A stretch of DNA of 64,000 nucleotides from the NCBI GenBank assembly GCA_040285825.1, contig JAUPSS010000006.1, forward strand, positions 124,001-188,000, in the 5' to 3' direction. The notes beneath the pieces were generated by a model. The model ran no database searches. It was not told where the DNA came from and was given only the letters and a program-made list of their open reading frames with translations. The stretch is from Eukaryota sp. TZLM1-RC (lineage: Eukaryota > Protista > Metamonada: BaSk clade). Positions 21,530 through 32,950 of this stretch are shown piece by piece. The stretch's first letter is position 1. Each line of letters starts with the position of its first letter. Position numbers and translations under genes: made by a program.

Positions 21530-22030
21530 AACAGATGATTTGGAGAAGTTGTTGATCCACACTTGCAATTCAAATGATGGGGTACATTGTTAAACCAGAT
21601 GAAACATCGATGGTGCATTGTACAAGAAAATGTGGTATCAATTTAAAGAAGTGTTGCCTAAAGTTTATTGTAGTAAAGATAAGTCTGAGATAATATGAAT
21701 GAGGATAAGCTGATTTATTTTCTAATCATATTATATAAGCCTTAGGGCGCCAACAAAAGATCACAAATTTGAGGAATTTGAGGAATTAAACAAAAAGAAC
21801 TATTTTAAGCATCCAAAAAATGAATTATCATTTTTGGCCGAGCCAGGACGAACATTAATTCCAAGCCTTCAAATTTTTTGATAATTTTTGTTGTAATTTT
21901 TTGACACAATACCTCAAATTGTCCCAGTGTAGGTGGTATTTCCTGTATATTTTCGGGGAAACATTTATTCCAAATGTCAGGAAAGTAAACAATCAAGAGC
22001 TTTTTCAAGGTCTCTCAAATAATTATTACT
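21530..22030 (-). mobile_element. Degenerate CRE-like fragment interrupted by a solo-LTR-like insert
   Basis: Aligns with 15460-15820 (FPDIWNKCFPENIQEIPP, VRxGSAK, IPQI). Confidence 0.75.
21652..21755. mobile_element. 104-bp TG..CA solo-LTR-like element, copy 1
   Basis: TGTTGCC...AGGGCGCCAACA; flanks GAAG/AAAG (4-bp TSD, 1 mismatch); absent from the homologous CRE copy at ~15565. Confidence 0.7.
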
Positions 22031-22298
22031 TGTAAAATTCAGTAAATCAACATCATTAGGAAAGCTGTTGCAAAATTCAAATCAAAGTTTTTCCATCCTT
22101 CATGGAAAGCAGTTTGGCAGTGAACAGACAATTTGAATTACCTGGATTGAAAAATTGTGTTTTGAAAAAACAAACAGTTGAAGAGTTGTATTACAAAGGT
22201 TACGTTTGATGAAAAGTGGCCAGAGCGCTTTCAAAAACTTAATTTGTGTTAATCTTAAGTGCCCATAAGATTCTACCAGATACCACTGCTTGGCATTC

Positions 22299-23204
22299 AT
22301 GTCTTCTTTGGAGAATCTCTTCACTCATTTGTACTCTCAATATGGTGCGGAGAAACCCCATAAGCTTGCCAAACAAACTTTGACAATTCTTCAGGGCTCT
22401 CCTAATGCAAATCTTTCAATAGAGCTTCGTCCTACACTTGGTGAATCCACAGATGTTCATGTAAATTGGCTCAATCTCATCGTGTCTCGGATAAAATCTG
22501 GTGAATCACCGGATGCTCTGTGTCAGGAATTAGGTGTAGACCCCAACATTGTCCAAAAGTCTAAGAAGCGTCGAAAGAAGCCTGTTGGTTGTTCTCTATC
22601 TGAGCGCAAGATACCACCATGGTCTGCAATACCTGTCCCACCAACCATCATCATTGATTCATCTAAGGTCTATGTCAATGGAGAGGAAATATCAGCTCCA
22701 GCTCCCGTTATTCCAGCACATACTGAAACCACTGTCCCCACGCCCTCGGGTATTGATAGAGCCGCCCTCGAAGCGTCTTTCAGAGCTTCTGGTCTTCGTT
22801 TATGCCGGTGGTGGCCACAATGTCGGAGGGAAGATTGTTCTTTTTCTCACCCCTCGGAGGATGAAGCTCGTCTACATGTCTCGAAACCTGTCCCGGAAAT
22901 CCCAATTTGTAAATTTTATCCTAACTGTGCCAAAGGGGTTCATTGCCAATTCAGACATGTTGAACATGCAAACAGTTCAAGACCAGCTCAACCATGCCAA
23001 TGGGGCGTTTCTTGCCAAAATCCATCAAAGTGCATGTTTTCACATCCCGTTCGCCCTTGTCATTATTTTCACAATTCTGAATGCACCAAGGGAGAACTTT
23101 GCACTTATAATCACAACCCACCTTGTCCTCGCGGAATGAGGTGCACTGTCCCAATGTGTGAGAAATCGCACTTTGAGAATCCCCCTAATAAAATTAGTGT
23201 TTAG
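22299..23204 (+). CDS. Tandem CCCH zinc-finger protein, Nab2/ZC3H14-like
   Basis: Five CCCH fingers, mostly C-x5-C-x4/5-C-x3-H; helical PWI-like N-terminus; basic NLS-like KSKKRRKK. Confidence 0.7.
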   Translation: MSSLENLFTHLYSQYGAEKPHKLAKQTLTILQGSPNANLSIELRPTLGESTDVHVNWLNLIVSRIKSGESPDALCQELGVDPNIVQKSKKRRKKPVGCSLSERKIPPWSAIPVPPTIIIDSSKVYVNGEEISAPAPVIPAHTETTVPTPSGIDRAALEASFRASGLRLCRWWPQCRREDCSFSHPSEDEARLHVSKPVPEIPICKFYPNCAKGVHCQFRHVEHANSSRPAQPCQWGVSCQNPSKCMFSHPVRPCHYFHNSECTKGELCTYNHNPPCPRGMRCTVPMCEKSHFENPPNKISV

Positions 23205-23488
23205 TTAAATTAATCCGTGTATTTTGTGTATTATTGAATCTATTGGGTGATGTAGTAATCGAAGCCTTAATGGTGGAATACAGATCCCTTAATCTTTTGT
23301 GTCTTTCAGTCAACATAACAGAAATATTCTGTCTTTCATAAATCAACAGCACTGTATACACATTTCATAATCTTCCACCTTATGTCACCTTAAGTGACAG
23401 TGGGGTAGGTCATAATTAAATAACTAAAAAATATCAGGAATACAGATCTTTTGGAAAACAAAGTTCCCTTTTCTCCTACTTCATCACA

Positions 23489-23898
23489 ATGGTATAGTTC
23501 TCCCCTGTCCAGCTTATGTTAGGCCAAGAAGATCAAGAAGACTCAGGAATCTATCAACGCCCGTCTCATGATGGTTATGAGAACCGGAAAGGCTCTCCTC
23601 GGTCACAGAGAAACTCTCAAGTCTCTCCGTGGCGGAAAGTGTACGTCAATTCGTCTTTGTTGATCTCAGCCAAATTGGTACTCATTAGTGCTAATACTCC
23701 TGCTCTCAAGAAGGCCGAAGTAGAATACTACGCTATGCTCTCTAAGACTAGTGTCTTCCATTACAGTGGCTGTTTGTTCATATTTATTTACTAATCGAAG
23801 CCAACGTTGAGCTCGGTACTGCTGTCGGTAAAGCTTTCCCTGTCGGAATCCTCACCGTCACTGATGTCGGTGACTCTGATATCACTTCCACTCTTTAA
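23489..23898 (+). CDS. RPL30: 60S ribosomal protein eL30; 4 exons
   Basis: Introns 23492-23522, 23641-23669 and 23772-23800 give [106 protein letters not shown]. Confidence 0.97.
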
Positions 23899-24117
23899 AT
23901 GTTTCGTTGTCTAGTTTTCAGTCCTTTTCTTGTCTTCCCCTTGTCAAACAATCCGATTTTACTACCAATGCGCTTTCAGTGCTGTGACGTAATAAACATT
24001 GTGATCATGCATTATTGAAATCTCTTTAATTCCTGCATCGTCAATTTAATTATTTTATTGTTCAACCAAGACATAATGTATACATAATTTTGGCTACACC
24101 GGATTAGCCATACGATA

Positions 24118-25050
24118 TTAGGATTGACCGACTTCGTTCATTATTTCCATTTTTGTTACTCTACAACCAAAAACACAGAGAGATCCAAGGAACAGGAGAA
24201 CTCCAGAAAAAAATATGGCAGCGGTTACATTCATCCAGAAAACAATCTTTGGATATGAACGTTTCACCCACAAAAATTCATCTCCATGCCAATGCAAAAC
24301 AGCCAAATCTGTTGAGCTGACACTCTCAACAGCACAGCTATAAGAAGATGGTGATACGCTACAAGATTTGGTACATTGGCTAAAATCATGGATTTTGAGA
24401 TGATATTCAATGGTAGCTTGAATTTCCAAGTTTAAGTCTCCATTTCTTTTGAATATTAGATAATACACACCAGTCGTTGGAGGAGCAAATGTCCATTTTG
24501 ATGGACATTCTGTTCCTTGACAGTGAGCTACATAGTTATCATTAGAATGACGCCACTTTTCCACATTTTCTACGACATAGAGAGATAACTGCCATGATAC
24601 GTGCCCCGCATCAACGATAATATGAGAACCTTCCACAAGATTCATGAAGAAAAAATCATGAGTGGTTTGGTACCTAAGATATATATCGAAATTGTCATGT
24701 GACTTTACCAAAGGGGGTTGAAAGACCTCAGTAGGACAATTGTAAACATCAAGCATATCAGCAACATCTTCAGCAAATCGAAGGGAAGTGTAACCATTAT
24801 CATATGGGAAACTCCAAGATGATTTTGCGATCATTTGTTCATCAAAGGGTGTACTATAAGGCAGAAAAAGGATGAACAAAACACCAATGGTAATAAATAG
24901 AAGGGAGACTGCCATGGTTATAGGACATGCTTTAAGATGTTGTATTCGGAAAGTCATTCCACCTGAATGAGAGGTCCCTGTGGAAGATGGCCCTGAGCCT
25001 CCGAACTGTATCCTTCCGCTGGATGATCGACTTCCTCGCGAACGTGGCAT
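24118..25050 (-). CDS. Two-TM membrane protein with Cys-containing lumenal domain (resembles APD1-4 middle domain)
   Basis: N- and C-terminal hydrophobic helices; pattern LVEGSHI..YYLIF..CTKSCS...SC. Domain assignment from recall only. Confidence 0.6.
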   Translation of the reverse strand: MPRSRGSRSSSGRIQFGGSGPSSTGTSHSGGMTFRIQHLKACPITMAVSLLFITIGVLFILFLPYSTPFDEQMIAKSSWSFPYDNGYTSLRFAEDVADMLDVYNCPTEVFQPPLVKSHDNFDIYLRYQTTHDFFFMNLVEGSHIIVDAGHVSWQLSLYVVENVEKWRHSNDNYVAHCQGTECPSKWTFAPPTTGVYYLIFKRNGDLNLEIQATIEYHLKIHDFSQCTKSCSVSPSSYSCAVESVSSTDLAVLHWHGDEFLWVKRSYPKIVFWMNVTAAIFFSGVLLFLGSLCVFGCRVTKMEIMNEVGQS

Positions 25051-25885
25051 TTAAATCAACTCACACGTGAACAATCAATTTTGATTTACATTCTTTCATT
25101 CTCAAAGCAGAATGAATTTCAAATACAATCAACCTGCCAGTTGGGCCATTGAAGTTTCAACAACACTGGATCTCAAACCATACTGCATACTGGGGTGAAA
25201 GGTGTCAACTCTTATCTTATGATGTACAAGACACCTGGAGCGAGGGTTTCTTTATCGACTCAAGTACATCTCACCATTTCATTCACAATTTAGACTTGTC
25301 AGTCAATTTTTCACAAACTGATGGTATTTGGGAGAAAATCAACACCATTTTAAAGGAAAACTGATTCTAACCGCAGATCTGAATTGAAGCCTTTATTTTA
25401 GTGATTCCTACCTCATAACTAAATTTGTGAATTTAGTCCAAAGATTAATTTTTTTTTCTCATTTTTTGAAATGTAAGCATATCATTATCTCCAGAAGCAA
25501 TGCTCACGATTTCCAGTGATAAAAGGAACCAATTATAACAAATGTGCAGGTCTCTTAGATTTGAATCATTTTTGGGAACTTCTTTTGTGTTCAATAAATG
25601 TCTATTTTGTTTTTAAAAAAATTGCCTATTGAAAAATAGATTTTCCGAAAAGAAATTTTCAAAGAAAAATAAACCAAAGTTGACTTACTTATCCCAAAGT
25701 TTGATCTCAATTCTGAGATAATTGAATATATTTAGAAGTTAATCACTATTTATTAAAGCCAAAAACTACTTTTCCCATGTATAGAGTTCTCCTATGTTTC
25801 AAAACTTTCGATTTTGGAAATTTGAAAAGTTTAAACAAAATGACCAAATCATCAACCAATTAACCATTAAATACTAGAAAATTAC

Positions 25886-26530
25886 CTAAATCCAATCCTG
25901 GTCAAAACCATCGTCATCAATACTGGAGTCTGACAACACGTCATCTTCCTCTGAGGTGAGGCACTCTGAGTCTTCACACTCGAATACATGGTCGTAGTCT
26001 GGCATCCCCATCGACTCCTCGTCTGGGTAATCATTACCGTAGTGGTCCTCTGCATTAGAGTCAGAGTCATCATCCTGGTACTCGTCTTCATTGTCAAACC
26101 CAAACGGTTCTAGTGAAAGGAACCCCATATTAGTTTCCTCGATATCATTGTAGTTTTGTGAATACACATAGTAATCGTACTCATATGCCTCGGGTACAGG
26201 TGTGTCTGATGTACTTTTAAACTCAACGTCAACGACGTAACCTGTGCCAGGTATGAAAAGTGGTTCTCTCTTACTAGCAGTACGTATAAGTTCTGCTGGA
26301 GAGCATTCGGATTTGCTGGTTGGAAGTGGCACATTGGATGCGGTGGTTGTCGCTGAATGATGTGCAGGAAGCGTTGATAACGGTTCATCCACTGTTCCTG
26401 AACGTATGTATTTGAAAACCGTCCGGGAAGAGTCCTCAGTATTGGTACGTTTGGAAGGTGGTTCGACAACAACTGCTGATAGAGCAGCTGCACTTCGTTT
26501 CCGCCTGACTCTAAGGATATATTGTTCCAT
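25886..26530 (-). CDS. IWR1: RNA polymerase II nuclear import factor Iwr1/SLC7A6OS
   Basis: N-terminal ILRVRRKRS, EYDYYVY, and the signature DDDSDSNAEDHYGNDYPDEE followed by an acidic tail. Confidence 0.8.
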   Translation of the reverse strand: MEQYILRVRRKRSAAALSAVVVEPPSKRTNTEDSSRTVFKYIRSGTVDEPLSTLPAHHSATTTASNVPLPTSKSECSPAELIRTASKREPLFIPGTGYVVDVEFKSTSDTPVPEAYEYDYYVYSQNYNDIEETNMGFLSLEPFGFDNEDEYQDDDSDSNAEDHYGNDYPDEESMGMPDYDHVFECEDSECLTSEEDDVLSDSSIDDDGFDQDWI

Positions 26531-27543
26531 GTGTAGAGAGAAAAGTGTATCCAAGTTTTTGGTTCATTTTCGAATGCAAATATACCTCTTTCATATCATC
26601 AGGATCATCTGAACCACTTGTCTGATATGAACGTACTTGCTCATAATTGGAAGCGAGTTATATTAATCTGAGTAAATTCTTATTGATCCATGGATGAAAT
26701 GAAGTCAGAAGTCGTTTGCCGCAGTAAATATAATGATTGTTTTAGCCTACATTTTTCAAGGTCTTGAAATCGTGATGAGAACTTGATGATTTTGTATACT
26801 GTATCTTAGACAATCGTGTTCAAAAGCTACTATTAAATTTATGCAAACCTCTGATATTAACCATTTATTATTCCCTTCCACAAAATAAGATTTGGAAATC
26901 GATTTTCAATAGCAAAATTTGAGTCTATTCACTGTGCAACTGAAACACAAATTTGGTTGAAGATGATAAGTCCCATAAAAAAATAAACATCTATAATTCT
27001 ATAAATAAAGCTCTCAAAACATAGATTGATTATTAATTGATCATTATTATTTGGTGGTTGTCAATAATCTTGTTGACAAACCGTGTTGAATTTTGTACAT
27101 AGCTCCCAATAAGAAAAATTAAATTTAATTATTCTAATTAGTTTATGTGTTTGACAATATCTTTTGTTTCAAGAACCATGTCTTTTATCAAAAGGTGACA
27201 TCATCAGCTCGCATGAATATGAAGGCCCATAGATAAAACTCACAAATTGATTGTTGTTTGGTGGCTGCTGATGTAAGAGTGCAATGGGGGTGGACACGCC
27301 CAGTTAAAATGATTGGGACAAGAACAAAACAAATTACTCAATAGTAGTAAAACAATAATCAATAAATGTCGAGACAATTATTGTTCTAGTACAATGGTCT
27401 ACAGAGAAGAAAATGTCCTCTAATAAACCTACAATCATCATGAATCAGCAAGAACTAGATTTCTTCTAGCCGATCGATCGGATCTAATGTTCATTTGCAA
27501 AATTTTCAGACAAACGTCATTTCCCAATATACCAGCACCCCCA

Positions 27544-30088
27544 ATGCTTACAATTCGGTTCAGAAAGGATGAGTTTTTACCAAAGTTAATCAAAACAAGG
27601 GACTATTTCTTTGACGTTACTCTTTTCTACAAGGATCACCAGTTTCGGCTTCATCGCAACGTTTTGTCAGCTTACTCTGGCTACTTTTTCCATTTATTCA
27701 CCGATCCACAAGAACCTCTCGATCTCACATGCGTAGAGTTGGAAGACCAGCCCGCAAGCCCAACTATCTTTAACGAATTCATCAACTCTTTCTATTTGCA
27801 ACGTCTTCAAATCACAAAGGATAAGGTATCTCTAACCCTAACACCAAGCCTAACCCCAGGTTTTTGACATTCACAATTTGGCCATCAAATTTGATGTTCC
27901 CGAAATTTCTCACGAATGCATCAATTTTCTCCACGGACTCTCTTTCCCTCACCTCCTCGACGTGATCCAACGTGCTGATCATCTTCATTACTTTAGCTTT
28001 ATTCAGACTTACTGTCCTCTCATAGATGTATTCTTCACGGAATCTGATGTTCCACGCTGTCATCACCTTCTAACACGTATCAGCAGGAGGCATATGCAAC
28101 AATCTCCGGTCAACTCTCCTGTTCCTTCTAACCCTAACTCTAACCCTAACTCTAACCCTAACCCCAAGTCTGTGTCTAATGATGAGGAAGAAGCTTTTGA
28201 AAGAGTTCTTTTTCCAGAAACTTTCTTAGTTCTCTCAATGAATCTCACCACTCCCGGTTCTATTAAATGGATGCTTCTTTCTATGGTAGAATCCTATGTC
28301 AAGGATAACATTTCTGTTGAAGATGTTGACCAAGTTTTGAAAAATAGTTTTGAATTGATCAAACAAATTGAAATTGAGTTTATCTGGAATGAAGTTTTTC
28401 AAGAATTGGGAAATTATGAAGTCTTGGTTGACGTTTTGTTAGAGTTTTCAGTTCAATTGTTACCTCACTTTGAACCTTCAAAAACTAAAAATGATTGGTT
28501 ATATTGGTCTTTACTAACTGCCAATCAGTTTGATTCAAACGTGATTTACTCTGTGGTCAATCAAATTCCTGGTGTTTTTGACCTTGGTGACCGAGATTTT
28601 GTCCAACTCAACCCAATCACTTTATTACAGCTAGCCAATCAACTCCAATCAATCAATCACGTCATGTGGTTGATCAAAAGCTTTGTCCTTTCATTTGATC
28701 AGTTCTCACTCAAGCACATCAAAAGTCTGCTTGATTCAATCAAAATTGATCAAATTCCATTATCTTTTCTTTATTCTGAATTATTTACCCCAATGAAATT
28801 AAAATCAAATAATGAAACGTTGGCTCTTTATCTTATTGGGTTTTCCATCAAATGCTTCCAAAATGTTTTTGCTTATAATGGAAATCCTTATTGGCTAGTT
28901 GATGTCATTGAACTAGCAGATCGTGAAAATTTCAATAGTGAAAATTTGGTTGTATTTCTACCAAATTTTCAACTTATCGAAGCTGATCCCATCTCAATCA
29001 AAGCTGATACCTTTAAAAAATTAAAGTCAAATAATTTTGATGATATACAACTCAATTATTGGTTACTAAATACCTTGGTCACATCTTATTCAAACCAAGT
29101 CAATCAAAGTCAAGATCATTCTGATTGGAACCCCGAAGTTTTCAGAAATTGTCTGTATTCATTTAATTTTGACTTATTTACCTTTTCTGATTTGAATGAA
29201 ATTGTTTGTTGCAAACTTGAAAATTTTAGTGAATTACACACAATTTTATTCAAATTCTACCGTGACATTACAAGTAAAAAACAGCTTGTAACTGATTCTA
29301 GTGTCAGTGAACTTACATTTTCAAAGGTAAGCTTTGTTCTAAAATCCACTTTGGTTACAAAGTATCTCACTAACGACACTCTATCAATTTTCCAATCAAT
29401 TTTGAGAGATGGTGTGATAGATTTGAGTGATTCTATGGTTGATCATGACACTTTAAACCAGTTTTTGAAGGGTCTAAGGGCATTTAATCACGTAAATTAC
29501 CTTTTTTTATTAATTGAACGAATTAATTCCAGGGAAGTTCAACATAAATTGCTAAAAAATTACCTCGATGGATGGAATCCAACAATTGAAGAAGCGGAAC
29601 AGATATTTCGTTTTGCTGATTCAATCAACTTTGATTGGAGTTCAATCAATTGTCAAATCATTCCATCTGAACCAATCAATCATTCTGATTTCGACCATTT
29701 AGTCAAAGTCTGTGCAAAAACCCAGTGTAGCCATCTCCTCAATTGGGTCATTTCTACTTTCAACTTTTGTTCAAAACCCACAGTTTTTAAATTTCCTGAA
29801 CGTTTATTACATGGTTTTGATCAACAAGATGATTTAAATGAAGTCAAAAGACTTTGGTTTGAATCAGTATTGAAAGTTTCATTCGACTCGGATTCCAATG
29901 TTTTTGCTGATTTGACTAGCAAAATATTTGGTGGAGAGCGATTATATTCAGAAATTCCTGACTTTTATGGAATTTATTTTGACTTGGAATTGGATAAAGC
30001 AGAACACGTTGAAGAGGGTAGCATCGAGGATAATGTTACCGACGATACGGATGGTTATGATATGTTTTCTAGGGACAATGATTTGTAG
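27544..30088 (+). CDS. BTB/POZ domain protein with long helical C-terminal region; at least 2 exons
   Basis: BTB motif FDVTLFYKDHQFRLHRNVLSAYSGYF. A 34-nt intron at 27826-27859 joins ITKDK|VFDIHNLAIKFDVPEI. Alternative ATG at 27487. Confidence 0.85.
28128..28165 (+). repeat. Telomere-like hexamer tract (TAACCC/TAACTC) inside CDS, encoding SNPNSNPNSNPNP
   Basis: Directly visible. Confidence 0.85.
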
Positions 30089-30690
30089 GGTTTTTTATTT
30101 TGTTTATAAGTTGTAATTAATTTATAAATTTTCAAATGTATTTTATTTTTATTGTTTTAATTATATTGCAAATCACTGAATTTAATTTTCGTAATTGTCG
30201 ATTAACTCAATGATAATGTCAAAAAGAATAGCCTATTTATGCGTATTTTATCAAATAAGTTATGAACACATTTCAACTTCAACAAACTTCTCCTGAACCG
30301 AGAATCGAAGTGACTCCATGTATTATGTTATTATGTCAAATTATTGTAGGGTATCTCTGTGGTCATGGAAAAATTGACTGAGATTTTAAAAAAATGTCAA
30401 ATATTTCCATCAAATTAATAAATAATTCATAAATAATGAATTTGCAGATCCTGAATGCTTCATCATTGTAGAATTTTGAACCACATTAACCGAAGAGTGA
30501 GAGGTTTGAAAAGCAAGTTGATATAAGAAATGACCACCTGCACACTGTTAATCAAAGGTCAAAGTAACAAATAATAATGTGAATAATCATCAAAATTTCT
30601 GTGAAAAACGACCTGTTTGATGGTTGATTAATTTCAGTAATTTGAACCCATTCTGTTGTGTACATTTGTTGTGTCATTTTTTTTACCTTA

Positions 30691-30773
30691 TGTTGCCGAA
30701 GCTTGGAAAGAAGGATTAGATGAAAGGTGATTTATTTTCATATTCATACTATAAAAGCCTAAGGGCGCCAACA
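30691..30773. mobile_element. 83-bp TG..CA solo-LTR-like element, copy 2
   Basis: TGTTGCC...AAGCCTAAGGGCGCCAACA with perfect 4-bp TSD CTTA (30687-30690 and 30774-30777); 3' half homologous to 21652-21755. Confidence 0.75.
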
Positions 30774-31005
30774 CTTAAAAACAATATTTAATAAACTTCT
30801 TGATGAACTTACGAAATGGTGTAACGAAAAAGTTTAAATGAAGTATATCTAAGTTGTTATTTTGAAATCTATTAGAATTCAATCCTTGTCTATTTGAGAA
30901 ATGGCAGAAAATGACCAAATTTTGCTCAATATGATATTATTAAAAATGAGAAAATAAAAACCAATGATTCCGTCAAAATGATTTATAAAACAATTCAACC
31001 AATGA

Positions 31006-32355
31006 TTACTCTACAATAAACAATCTGTGATTTGCCCAGTACATGTTGAAAACAGGATAATAAGAATCATCATCTAATCTAGGTAGTTCACCATTTATAT
31101 CAATATAACCTGAACCAAGCTCCTTCAAATTAATGGTGTAATTAACTAAATCAACAGTGATTTCAATTACATCACCTTGTTTCCATTGGGTACGGGTTCC
31201 AGAGGTATTGAGGGGTTGACCATTACAATGACAACCATAGACATCAGAGCGATTGAACCTAGAAGAGTCAAACTTCTTCCCAGCAATGACACCAATAACA
31301 AGATTACTATCACGACCTTTATATCTAACCCTCCATTTATGAACACTACCATGCTTCAAGGGTTTATCTCCTCTAATTGGTTGGTCACAAACAAAAAAAG
31401 GATAAACACGACTTTCAGCCACCAAACCATTATCAGAAACAACAACCAAATCATGCTTATATTCCTTGGAAAAAACCACACCACCAAAAGATTGAGCAAC
31501 ATTACTGGTGGTTTTGGGTTCACCAAACTTAGTGGAATCAACAACATTCTTGATTTTTTTAGCAATTTCGAGGAATTTACCCTCAATTCTAGAAATATTA
31601 TCTTTTGCATCAGAAAAACAGCCTTTGATCTCATTCTTTAAACAAGGAGCAGTTTGGTTGAGGGTAACAGGGTTTCCAGAAAAAAAGACGTCAGTGGAGC
31701 TTGGAACCTTGCAAGAGTCAATGCAAGATTTGAGGGATTCTAGGCAATCGCCGATCGATCGGGAGAGTTGAGATGTGGCTTCTTTGGCTACTTCCTTGGC
31801 TTGGCAAAGGCATTGTTCAAGGTCGTTGTTAATGGTGGTAATGGTGGTGGTGTAGGAATCAAGAGCTTCATCGAGAGGCAGCATATCGCCATGGGAGGAG
31901 TGCCCGTCCACAAGACAGCAGTTAACGCAGACAGGGATTGAGCAATGCTGACAAAAGTACTCCAAGGGCTTTGTTTTGTGCTTCGTACACTTCTTGGGGA
32001 GAAGGGGACTTTCATTGAGGGGTACAACAGTGTGGGATCGAAACATGCCGAATTTGTGGACCCCTTCTGAACAACGTCGGCACAATGATGAAGCACATTC
32101 GTGGCATCCGACAGAGGCAGGAGCTTCGTCACACCCCTCACATCGAGGAGGAGAGAGGGACATGTGTTCAATGGCCTTCCTTAGACTAATGTTCACATGC
32201 AAACTCTTCCTCTCTGCAGGATGACGGCATTCGGGGCAGGTTTGGCTCTTCTCAAACCATGGACGGAGACATTTGTTAAGGCAAAAGCTATGTCCACAGG
32301 TCAATGAGCAAGGTTCTTGCATGGTATCGTGACAAATCGAGCATGTGAGGATCAT
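31006..32355 (-). CDS. TRIM-like E3 ligase: RING - B-box1 - B-box2 - helical linker - SPRY/B30.2-like domain, copy 1
   Basis: RING CSIC..CGHSFC..C..CPEC; B-boxes CEGC..CHEC..LC..C...H...H and CTKH..FCQHC..VCVNC...H..H; SPRY-like HKWRV..IGV..GDVIEITVDL..YYP. Confidence 0.85.
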   Translation of the reverse strand: MILTCSICHDTMQEPCSLTCGHSFCLNKCLRPWFEKSQTCPECRHPAERKSLHVNISLRKAIEHMSLSPPRCEGCDEAPASVGCHECASSLCRRCSEGVHKFGMFRSHTVVPLNESPLLPKKCTKHKTKPLEYFCQHCSIPVCVNCCLVDGHSSHGDMLPLDEALDSYTTTITTINNDLEQCLCQAKEVAKEATSQLSRSIGDCLESLKSCIDSCKVPSSTDVFFSGNPVTLNQTAPCLKNEIKGCFSDAKDNISRIEGKFLEIAKKIKNVVDSTKFGEPKTTSNVAQSFGGVVFSKEYKHDLVVVSDNGLVAESRVYPFFVCDQPIRGDKPLKHGSVHKWRVRYKGRDSNLVIGVIAGKKFDSSRFNRSDVYGCHCNGQPLNTSGTRTQWKQGDVIEITVDLVNYTINLKELGSGYIDINGELPRLDDDSYYPVFNMYWANHRLFIVE

Positions 32356-32578
32356 GGGAAGAAGAGAAGTGTTTGGTGCTGGTTTGTTACAATTTTAGAA
32401 AGGTTGTTTGACTTCAAAATGACCAATTGACTGCCATTTTATTTCTGAAACACTATATTGGGAATTGGTAAGACCCTTTTGTCATTCAGCAATGCAGATA
32501 ACTTCTCCTTGACTGTTGTTGTAGTTAAGCATTGTGAATTTCGTCCTATACGATGTTGCTGCGATACTCTTAAATTGT

Positions 32579-32950
32579 CAAGGTTCTTGCATGGTTTCGT
32601 GGCAAATGGAGCATGTGAGGATCATGGGGGGTAGAGAAGTGTTTGGTGCTGTTTTGTTGCAATTTTAGAAAGGTTGATTGACTTCAAAATGTCCAATTGA
32701 CTGCTATATTAATTCTGAAACAATTATTTGGGAATTGGCAAGGCCCTTTTGTCATTCAGCAATGCAGAAAACTTCTCCTTGACTGTTGTTATGGTCAAGC
32801 ATTCGGAATTTCCTGTTATACAATGTTGCTGCGATATTCTTAAATTGTTATTGTGTCAAAATAGTAGCACAACTAGTGGGATCAAGTAACGCTTCCACTA
32901 GGTTCTGTTGATGGTGTTCATGTTGAAGTACATTGTCTGGGTGTATAGTT
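32579..32950 (-). pseudogene. Tandem partial duplication of the TRIM promoter and first ~15 codons
   Basis: 32579-32848 repeats 32309-32578 and resembles the 47730-48000 paralog; homology with 48000-48098 continues to ~32950. Confidence 0.8.

Noticed and set aside
21740-21755. TGGCGCCC (minus strand) as a tRNA-Lys primer-binding site
   Set aside because: Only 8 nt match, and it lies inside the TG..CA element rather than just internal to an LTR.
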